From contig JAMQGV010000015.1 in NCBI GenBank assembly GCA_025994075.1, positions 45,091 to 109,090 on the forward strand: DNA of 64,000 bases, in the 5' to 3' direction. The notes below the pieces were generated by a model, which was not told the origin of the DNA, did not search any database, and saw only the letters and a program-made list of their open reading frames with translations. Position 1 is the stretch's first letter; every line of letters starts with the position of its first letter. A program made the translations under genes and the position numbers. Below, piece by piece: positions 57,274 to 64,000 of the stretch. The DNA comes from Vicinamibacteria bacterium. Lineage in GTDB: Bacteria; Acidobacteriota; Vicinamibacteria; Fen-336.

Positions 57274-58578
57274 TCAGGGCTTCACCAGGCGGGCGAGCGC
57301 CTCGACGACCTCCACGGCCTGCGCCCCGCTGACCACCCGCCACGCCTCGAACGCGCCCGACGGCGTCACGGCCAGCAGCCCCGCGCCAGCGGCGCGCGAG
57401 GCGGCCGCGTGCTGGAGGTGGTTGCGAGACATGTCCGAGAGCACCGGCGCCGGGCCCGGCGGGTGGCCCAGCGCGTCGAGCACCCGGGCCAGCGCCACCG
57501 CCAGCTCGCCCTTGCGGACCTGGGCCGCGGGCTGGAAGGTGTGGTTCGGGTAGACGTCCATCAGGCGCAGGGCCAGCGCGCGCAGGATGAACGGCCGTGC
57601 CCAGGAGCCGGAGACGTCGACCGCCAGTGGCGGCTCCCCCGCCTCGAGCGCCTCGAGCTGCGGCACCTTGGCGACGAGCAGCGCGGCGAGGTCGGCCCGC
57701 GTGATGCGCGGCGCCAGCGGGATCCGCCGGTAGGGCTCCGGCATCCGCGCGTTCTCGACCTCCTGGAGCGCGCGCGCCGCGGCCGCGCGCAGGGCCTCGT
57801 CGGCCGGCTCGCGGGCCTGCAGCCCGCGCAGCAGGTCGAGCGCGCGCGCCGGCTGGCGGTCCTCGAGCAGCAACTCCGCGAGGCGCGCGGTGGCGCCGCG
57901 CTCGCGGTTCGGCTCGGCGTCGAGCAGCGCGATCGCCTCGGCCCGCGCGCCCGCGCTCAGCAGCAGTTCGGCGGCCGCCAGCCGCGCCGGCGCCAGCTCC
58001 GGCACGGCCTCCAGGCAGCGGCGGTAGAGCGCGAGCGCCTCCTCCGCCCGGCCCGCGGCCTGGGCCTCCGCGGCCAGCGGCAGCAGCCGCTCGCTGACCG
58101 CCAGCTTCAGGGCGGCCAGGCGCCGGGAGAGGCGGGTGTCCGCCGGCGCCTGCGCCGCCGCGCGACGCAGCAGGCCCACGGCCTCCTCGTCGCGGCCGAG
58201 CCGCGCGAGCGCCGCGCTGGCGCCGGCCAGCGCGGAGACGTCTTCCGGGCGCCGCGCCACCGCGGCCTCGAAATCCGCGACCGCCTGTTCGACGCGGCCG
58301 AGGCGCAGCCGCGCCCAGCCCAGCGCGGTGTCGAGGTGCGCGACCGGCGTGCGCATCGCGCCGAGCAGGCGCTTCTCGGCGGAGGCCGCGTCGCCGGCCA
58401 GGATCTGGGGCCACGCCTGGTCGAGCGCCTTGCGCTGCGAGGGCGTGAGTTCCCCCGGCCGCACCGCGGGCCGGACGTAGAGCTCCTGCACCTCGGGCGC
58501 CACGACCACGGGCCGCGCGCAGCCTGCCAGCCACGACAGCGCCAGCACCGCGAGGATCGCGAGCGGTCCTCGCCTCAT
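57274..58578 (-). CDS. TPR-repeat lipoprotein with a C-terminal SLH-like domain
   Basis: 434 aa. It has a lipobox (LSWLAGC), Ala/Leu-rich TPR-like repeats, and a C-terminal DVSGSWARPFILRALALRLMDVYPNHTFQPAAQVRKGELAVALARVL that matches the S-layer-homology pattern. Confidence 0.55.
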   Translation of the reverse strand: MRRGPLAILAVLALSWLAGCARPVVVAPEVQELYVRPAVRPGELTPSQRKALDQAWPQILAGDAASAEKRLLGAMRTPVAHLDTALGWARLRLGRVEQAVADFEAAVARRPEDVSALAGASAALARLGRDEEAVGLLRRAAAQAPADTRLSRRLAALKLAVSERLLPLAAEAQAAGRAEEALALYRRCLEAVPELAPARLAAAELLLSAGARAEAIALLDAEPNRERGATARLAELLLEDRQPARALDLLRGLQAREPADEALRAAAARALQEVENARMPEPYRRIPLAPRITRADLAALLVAKVPQLEALEAGEPPLAVDVSGSWARPFILRALALRLMDVYPNHTFQPAAQVRKGELAVALARVLDALGHPPGPAPVLSDMSRNHLQHAAASRAAGAGLLAVTPSGAFEAWRVVSGAQAVEVVEALARLVKP

Positions 58579-59852
58579 CGCAGCCGCCCCCGGTAACGCG
58601 CGAGCCAGCGCGCGGGCAGCAGGGCCTCGATCCTCACTTCGCCTTCCTCCATCTCGTGTCCCAGGACCCGCGCGACCTTGTACAGCGCCGCGATCGCCCG
58701 GCCCTCGGCCGGGTCGAAGCCGAGCCGCACCCGCTTCGGCTCCAGCTCCAGCCGGCGGGCGATCGTCTCCCGGAGGGCGTCGATCCCGGTCTCGCGCAGC
58801 GCCGACACCGCGACTCCCCCGGCGTGGGCCGCCAGCAGGCCCTCGCGGCGCGCGACCGGCACCAGGTCCACCTTGTTGAGCACCGGCACCCGCGGCACCT
58901 CGCCGGCGCCGATCTCGTTCAGCACTGCCGCCACCGCCGCCTCGCGCGCCTCGAGGTCCTCGGCGGCGGCGTCGATCACGTGCAGCAGCAGGTCGGCCTC
59001 GACCACCTCCTCGAGCGTCGCGCGGAACGCGGCCACCAGCGTGTGCGGCAGCTTCTGGATGAAGCCGACGGTGTCGACGATCACGACCTCGCCGGCGTCA
59101 CCGAGCCGGGTCCGTCGTGCCAGCGGGTCGAGGGTCATGAACAACTGGCTCGACACCGGCGCGCCCGCCCGGGTCAGCGCGTTGAAGAGCGTCGACTTGC
59201 CCGCGCTCGTGTAGCCGACCAGCGCGACCTGCGGCACCTCGGCCCGCTGGCGCGCGCCGCGCTGGGTGTGGCGCCCGCGGCGGACGCGCTCGATCTCGCG
59301 CTTGACCTGCGCGATGCGCGTGCGGATCCGGCGGCGGTCGGTCTCCAGCTTGGTCTCGCCGGGCCCGCGGGTGCCGATGCCGCCGCCGAGCCGGGACAGC
59401 ATCACGCCCTGCCCGGCGAGCCGCGGCAGCAGGTAGCCGAGCTGCGCCAGCTCGACCTGCAGGCGCCCCTCGTGGGTGCGCGCGCGGCGGGCGAAGATGT
59501 CGAGGATGAGTTGCGTGCGGTCGAGCGTCTTGACCTTCGCGACCTTCTCCAGGTTGCGCTGCTGGGCCGGCGTCAGCTCCCCGTCGAACACGACGACGCC
59601 GGCTTCGGCCTGCTCCGCGAGCCGCGCCACCTCCTCGGCCTTGCCCTTGCCGATCAGCGTCGCGGCGTCGGGCCGCTGCCGCTCCTGCATCACCTCGCCG
59701 ACCACCACGGCTCCGGCGGCCTCCGCGAGGTGCGCGAGCTCGGCCAGCGAGGCTTCGGTCTCGTGGCGCGGGGCCCCGCCCAGGCACAGCCCGACCAGCA
59801 CCGCGCGCTCGCGCGGGTCGGCCTGCGTGACCGTCGGGGTCGCTTTCGCCAA
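58575..59852 (-). CDS. hflX: GTPase HflX
   Basis: 425 aa. It has the HflX N-domain (LILDIFARRARTHEGRLQVELAQL), G1 (GYTSAGKSTLFN), G3 (DTVGF) and G4 (NKVD). Confidence 0.92.
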   Translation of the reverse strand: MAKATPTVTQADPRERAVLVGLCLGGAPRHETEASLAELAHLAEAAGAVVVGEVMQERQRPDAATLIGKGKAEEVARLAEQAEAGVVVFDGELTPAQQRNLEKVAKVKTLDRTQLILDIFARRARTHEGRLQVELAQLGYLLPRLAGQGVMLSRLGGGIGTRGPGETKLETDRRRIRTRIAQVKREIERVRRGRHTQRGARQRAEVPQVALVGYTSAGKSTLFNALTRAGAPVSSQLFMTLDPLARRTRLGDAGEVVIVDTVGFIQKLPHTLVAAFRATLEEVVEADLLLHVIDAAAEDLEAREAAVAAVLNEIGAGEVPRVPVLNKVDLVPVARREGLLAAHAGGVAVSALRETGIDALRETIARRLELEPKRVRLGFDPAEGRAIAALYKVARVLGHEMEEGEVRIEALLPARWLARYRGRLR

Positions 59853-59875
59853 TTCGGGCGGATTCTACGCGGTCG

Positions 59876-60583
59876 TCAGCGCTCGCCGCGGGCCCGCCGG
59901 CCCGCCCATCGCATCTGGCGCGCCAGGCCGCGCAGCAGCGTCACTTCCCGCGCCGTCGGCTCCGCGCGCGCGAGCAGGTGGCGCAGCTCGGCCAGCACCG
60001 GCCCGGGCGGCCCCGGGTCGACGAAGCCGATCGCGGCGCAGGCCTCGGCGAACTCGTCCTGCGCCGCGTGCCAGTCGCGCGGCGCCGGCGCCTCGGCGCA
60101 GGGCGCGTCCGGGGGCTCGAGCGCCATGCGGAGCTCCCACGCGAACAGCAGCACCGCCTGCGCGAGGTTCAGCGACGAGTGCGCGGGGTCGGTCGGGATG
60201 CGGACGACGACGTCGGCCCGCCGCTGCTCGTCGACGCGGAGCCCGTCGGCCTCCGGGCCGAACACGAGGGCGGCGCGCCCGCCCCGGGTCGCCAGGTGTG
60301 CCGCGAGCTCCCGCGGCGTCCACGTCCGCGACGCGCGGCCGGAGGTGGCCGCCACGAACTGCGCTCCCGAGACCGCTGCGTCGAGCGTCGCCGCGTCGCG
60401 CATCGACGCGACCAGGTCCTCGGCGCCGCGCGCCACGCGGGCGGCTTCCCCGCGGTCGAGCTTCGCGGCGTCGACCAGCACCGGCGCGCCGAATCCCATG
60501 TTGCGCAGCGCCCGGCAGGCCCCGCCCACGTTGGCGGCCCGGGCCGGCCGCACCAGGACGAAGTCCACGTCCGCTCCGCGCAC
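59876..60583 (-). CDS. SpoU/TrmH-family RNA 2'-O-methyltransferase (TrmJ-like)
   Basis: 235 aa. It carries NVGGACRALRNMG, LVFGPEADGL and SLNLAQAV. The start is GTG. Confidence 0.8.
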   Translation of the reverse strand: MRGADVDFVLVRPARAANVGGACRALRNMGFGAPVLVDAAKLDRGEAARVARGAEDLVASMRDAATLDAAVSGAQFVAATSGRASRTWTPRELAAHLATRGGRAALVFGPEADGLRVDEQRRADVVVRIPTDPAHSSLNLAQAVLLFAWELRMALEPPDAPCAEAPAPRDWHAAQDEFAEACAAIGFVDPGPPGPVLAELRHLLARAEPTAREVTLLRGLARQMRWAGRRARGER

Positions 60584-60588
60584 GCCCG

Positions 60589-60594
60589 TATACT
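60589..60594 (+). promoter_or_regulatory. Candidate -10 hexamer TATACT upstream of the transglutaminase-like gene
   Basis: It lies in the 72-nt divergent gap, 62 nt upstream of the TTG at 60656. This is a pattern match only. Confidence 0.2.
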
Positions 60595-60655
60595 AGCCAC
60601 AGCCTCCGCGGCGGGCCCGTCCGGCCGGCCGTCTTCACCACACAGGAACGATCGC

Positions 60656-62281
60656 TTGAGACTGCTGCGCCCGCTGCCCCGCAAGCTGACCCGACCGCTG
60701 TCGTGGCTCGGAGTCTGCGCGTGGCTGCTGACGATGGGCACGCTGCTGCGGGAGGAGATGCTGCGCGCGGCGCCGCTCTCGCTCGGCACCGACCTCTCCC
60801 GCTTCGGCTCCTCCGCCGCCTGGAAGGGCGTCTACTACCGCGGCGAGAAGATCGGCTTCATGGTCGGCCAGACGATCCCGAAGGACGACGGCTACGAGAT
60901 CCAGGAGGAGGGCCAGCTCCAGATCACGCTGATGGGCATGGGCACGGCGGCGAAGATCCGCACCGCGGTACAGGTCGACGCGGCCTACTCGCTCCGCTCG
61001 TTCGACTTCTCGCTCGACCCCGGCACCGGCGCCGTGAACGTGAAGGGCACGCTCCGGGGCAAGGCGCTCGAACTCGAGGTCACGACTCCCGGCGGCACCC
61101 GCCGCGAGACGCGGGACCTGGCCGACGTGCCGGTCCTCAGCCTGAACCTGCCGCGCAAGCTGGCCGCCGACGGCCTCGAGACCGGCAAGCGCTTCGAGTT
61201 CTCCGTGTTCGACCCCGCGACGCTCGCCAACGCGCCGATGACGATCGAGGTGAAGGAGCGCGAGGTCGTGCGCGCCGGCGGCCGCCCCACGCCGGCGTTC
61301 CGGCTGGAGACCCGTTTCTCGGGCATCCAGGCCACCTCGTGGGTCACGGACGTCGGCGAGGTGGTCAAGGAAGAGAGCCCGATGGGCCTCGTCGTGTTGA
61401 AGGAGACCCAGGAGCGGGCGACGGCGATGGCGATGACCCGCGACGTGCGCGCCGACATGATCGAGGCGGCGGCGATCCAGCCGGAGACGAAGAAGCCGAT
61501 CGACGACCCGACCCAGGTCGAGTACCTCGAACTGCGCATCACGACGCCGAGCCCGCTGACGGGCCCCGACCTGCAGGGCGTCGGCCAGACGGTGCGCGAC
61601 GACGTGTTCGCGCTGCGCGACTCCAGCAAGGAGCCGCTGCAGCCGACGCCGGAGGGACTCGAACGCTACCTGGCACCCGAGCGGCTGATCGAGTCAGACG
61701 CGCCCGAGATCCTGGCCGAGGCGGAGAAGGCGGTGGCCGGCGTCAGCGGCAACCGCGCTCGGGCCGAGCGGCTCGTCCGCCACGTCAACGCGCTGCTGGA
61801 GAAGAAGCCCACCGTCAGCCTGCCCTCGGCGCTCGAGGTGCTGCGGACGCGCGTCGGCGATTGCAACGAGCACACCGCGCTCTACGTGGCGATGGCGCGC
61901 GCGCTCGGCCTGCCCGCGCGGATCGCCGTCGGCCTGGTCTCGCTGCGCGGCGCGTTCTACTACCACGCGTGGCCCGAGGTGTGGGTCGCGGAGAACGCGG
62001 GCCGCGGCCGCTGGATCGCGGTCGACCCCACCCTCAACCAGTTCCCGGCCGACCTCACCCACGTCCGCCTCGCGCGCGGCGGCCTCGAGCAGCAGACGGC
62101 GATCCTGCCGCTCGTGGGCCAGACCAGGATCGCCGTTCTGGAGATGCGGATGGCCGCAGGCACGGCGCCGGTCCTGGTGGGTCAGGAGGCGACCTCCCAG
62201 ACGCGCCCGATCGAGATCGCGATCCCCACGCGCGTGGGCGGGCCCAAGAGCTGCTGGGTGCGGCCGAGGGCAGGCCGATGA
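60656..62281 (+). CDS. Membrane-anchored transglutaminase-like (cysteine protease fold) protein
   Basis: It has an N-terminal TM helix (LSWLGVCAWLLTMGTLL), a large middle domain, and a transglutaminase core with Cys (VGDCNEHTALYVAMARALGLPAR), His (YYHAWPEVWV) and Asp (WIAVDPT). The start is uncertain (TTG at 60656 or a later ATG). It is part of track ORF 59978..62281. Confidence 0.75.
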   Translation: MRLLRPLPRKLTRPLSWLGVCAWLLTMGTLLREEMLRAAPLSLGTDLSRFGSSAAWKGVYYRGEKIGFMVGQTIPKDDGYEIQEEGQLQITLMGMGTAAKIRTAVQVDAAYSLRSFDFSLDPGTGAVNVKGTLRGKALELEVTTPGGTRRETRDLADVPVLSLNLPRKLAADGLETGKRFEFSVFDPATLANAPMTIEVKEREVVRAGGRPTPAFRLETRFSGIQATSWVTDVGEVVKEESPMGLVVLKETQERATAMAMTRDVRADMIEAAAIQPETKKPIDDPTQVEYLELRITTPSPLTGPDLQGVGQTVRDDVFALRDSSKEPLQPTPEGLERYLAPERLIESDAPEILAEAEKAVAGVSGNRARAERLVRHVNALLEKKPTVSLPSALEVLRTRVGDCNEHTALYVAMARALGLPARIAVGLVSLRGAFYYHAWPEVWVAENAGRGRWIAVDPTLNQFPADLTHVRLARGGLEQQTAILPLVGQTRIAVLEMRMAAGTAPVLVGQEATSQTRPIEIAIPTRVGGPKSCWVRPRAGR

Positions 62282-63030
62282 TCCACGTCCGCGACCTGAA
62301 GAAGACCTACGGCGCGTTCGAGGCCGTCAAGGGCGTCTCGCTCGACGTCGCCCCCGGCCAGATCCACGGCTTCCTCGGCCCCAACGGCGCCGGCAAGACG
62401 ACGACGATCCGGATGATCGCCGGCCTGCTCAAGCCGACCGCGGGCACCGTCACCATCGACGGCCACGACACGCGGGTCGCACCCGAGGCCGCCAAGGCCG
62501 CGCTCGGCTTCATCCCCGACCGGCCCTACCTGTACGAGAAGCTGACGGCCCGCGAGTTCCTCGCCTTCCACGGCGGCCTGTTCGGGATGAGCGACGCCGA
62601 GGTCGACCACCGCTCGGACGAGCTGCTCGGCCTGTTCGAGCTGACCCGCTGGGGCGGCGAGCTGGTGGAGAGCTTCTCCCACGGCATGAAGCAGCGGCTG
62701 GTGATGTGCGCCGCCTTCCTGCACCGTCCGCGCGCGGTGCTGGTCGACGAGCCGATGGTCGGCCTCGACCCGCGCGGCGCCCTGCTGATCAAGGACGTGT
62801 TCCGGGCGATGGCCAGGAAGGGCGTCGCGATCCTGATGTCCACCCACACCCTCGAGGTGGCCCAGGAGATGTGCGACGCGATCAGCATCATCCTCGGCGG
62901 CGAGATCATCGCGCGCGGCACCGTCGCCGAGCTGCAGGCCCAGGCCGGCACGGCCGACGGCCAGCTCACGCCGGTGTTCCTCAAGCTGACGGGCGGCCGC
63001 GGCTTCCAGGAGATCGATGACGCCGTCTAG
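62278..63030 (+). CDS. ABC transporter ATP-binding protein (ABC-2/DrrA-like)
   Basis: It has Walker A ([10 protein letters not shown]), the signature FSHGMKQRL, and Walker B (VLVDEPMVGLDP). The ATG overlaps the upstream stop (ATGA). Confidence 0.88.
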   Translation: MIHVRDLKKTYGAFEAVKGVSLDVAPGQIHGFLGPNGAGKTTTIRMIAGLLKPTAGTVTIDGHDTRVAPEAAKAALGFIPDRPYLYEKLTAREFLAFHGGLFGMSDAEVDHRSDELLGLFELTRWGGELVESFSHGMKQRLVMCAAFLHRPRAVLVDEPMVGLDPRGALLIKDVFRAMARKGVAILMSTHTLEVAQEMCDAISIILGGEIIARGTVAELQAQAGTADGQLTPVFLKLTGGRGFQEIDDAV

Positions 63031-64000
63031 CCCGGCGCCCGCGAGCCTCGGCCAGCCCTTCCCGTTCCTGCTGCTGCCGTCGTACTGGGCGGCGCGCAAT
63101 CGCGCGCAGCGGCGCGAGAAGGGCGACACCGCCCGCGGCCTGATCTTCGGGTCGATCGGGGCCGGCGTCACCGCCACGATCTTCGCGGTCGTGTTCTGGC
63201 TGACCTGGAACGTGCTCGACTACGAGGAACTCGGCGAGTACCTGATCCGCCTGGGACTCTCCTGGCTGTTCCTCACCTTCCTCTCGTTCCTGGCCTTCTC
63301 GGCGCTGGTCACCGCGCTGTCGACGTTCTTCCTCTCGGAAGACCTGAAGCTGCTGATGGCGGCGCCGATCCCGCAGGACCGCCTGTTCTACTCGCGCTTC
63401 GCCAAGACCGCGGGCCTGGCCTCGTGGATGGTCGTCATCTTCCTGGTCCCGGTGCTGCTGGCAGTCGGCTCCGCCCGCTGCGCGCCGTGGAGCTACTACC
63501 TCACGATCCCGCTGGTGCTGCTGCCGTTCGTGCTGATCCCGGTGGCGCTGGGCTCGGTGACGACGCTCGCGCTCGTCAACATCTTCCCCGCCCGCCGCGC
63601 CCGCGACATCCTGATGCTGGTCGGGCTGCTTTTCGGCATCACCATCGTCCTGCTGCTGCGCTTCTTGCGGCCCGAGCGGCTGTTGCGGATCGACTCGCTG
63701 CCCGACGTCACGGCCTTCTTCGCGACGCTGCAGTCGCCGGTCACTCCGCTGCTGCCCTCCTTCTGGGCGGGCGAGTCGCTGTTCGCCGCGCTGCACGGCG
63801 GCGCGGACTGCCTCCACCTGTCCGCCCTCTGGACCTCCGCGATCGCGCTCACCGTGCTGGCCCGCGGCGCCTTCGGGCGCTTCTTCTTCGACGGCTTCAG
63901 CAAGGCGCAGGAGGCGCGCAAGGTGCGCTTCACGCGGCTGCTGCTGCTCGACCGCGTGATCCGGCGGCTGCCCTTCGCGGCGGGCACCCGGGCGCTGCTG
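63017..64000 (+). CDS. Polytopic membrane protein, putative ABC exporter permease; the 3' end runs off the right edge
   Basis: An open frame runs from the ATG at 63017 to the window end: MTPSSPAPASLGQPFPFLLLPSYWAARNRAQ...IFAVVFWLTWNVL...LSWLFLTFLSFLAFSALV...WMVVIFLVPVLLAV...LVLLPFVLIPVALG. It has at least six hydrophobic helices. It overlaps the ATPase gene by 14 nt. It is absent from the ORF track because it is open-ended. Confidence 0.6.
   Translation, partial: MTPSSPAPASLGQPFPFLLLPSYWAARNRAQRREKGDTARGLIFGSIGAGVTATIFAVVFWLTWNVLDYEELGEYLIRLGLSWLFLTFLSFLAFSALVTALSTFFLSEDLKLLMAAPIPQDRLFYSRFAKTAGLASWMVVIFLVPVLLAVGSARCAPWSYYLTIPLVLLPFVLIPVALGSVTTLALVNIFPARRARDILMLVGLLFGITIVLLLRFLRPERLLRIDSLPDVTAFFATLQSPVTPLLPSFWAGESLFAALHGGADCLHLSALWTSAIALTVLARGAFGRFFFDGFSKAQEARKVRFTRLLLLDRVIRRLPFAAGTRALL

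Overview
By eye this is a very GC-rich (about 70%) and extremely compact bacterial chromosomal segment. I call 61 protein genes (two run off the window edges). I recognised no rRNA, tRNA, CRISPR array, transposase or prophage gene. Many neighbouring genes are joined by 4-nt NTGA start/stop overlaps, and convergent genes abut or overlap.

Content is mostly core diderm housekeeping:
- parA/parB with a DUF151 nuclease, miaB and recN.
- A complete Tol-Pal cluster (tolQ-tolR-tolA-tolB-pal-cpoB) and ssb.
- A 17-kb co-directional minus-strand gene string: guaA-dnaE-accA-hbd-ackA-lptC/A-like-lptB-rpoN-hprK-rapZ-EIIA(Man)-ptsH-ptsI-cupin.
- ctaB, pssA/psd, rimI/tsaB, mutS, hsp20/htrA, hflX.

The gene mix (Hanks kinase with TPR tail, fused E1 alpha/beta, sigma-54, SLH plus Tol-Pal) suggests an Acidobacteriota-like organism. 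That is inference only.

The least ordinary parts are:
1. A left-edge lipid module: SDR, serine-palmitoyltransferase-like alpha-oxoamine synthase, ADC-fold protein and DAGK-fold lipid kinase, divergent from an orphan FtsX permease and a methyltransferase.
2. A type III PKS / methyltransferase / flavin oxidoreductase operon whose PKS has no canonical start codon.
3. A single 676-aa membrane-anchored LptC/LptA-like multi-domain protein in place of separate lptC and lptA.
4. A roughly 100-bp AT-rich island bracketed by two copies of an 18-20-bp perfect palindrome between miaB and the nuclease-parAB operon.
5. A 1258-aa NtrY-like histidine kinase, translationally coupled to a small secreted NTF2-like protein, with no response regulator nearby.
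6. A transglutaminase-like membrane protein coupled to an ABC ATPase and an unusual permease.

All functional calls come from reading motifs in the translations. No database search was run.
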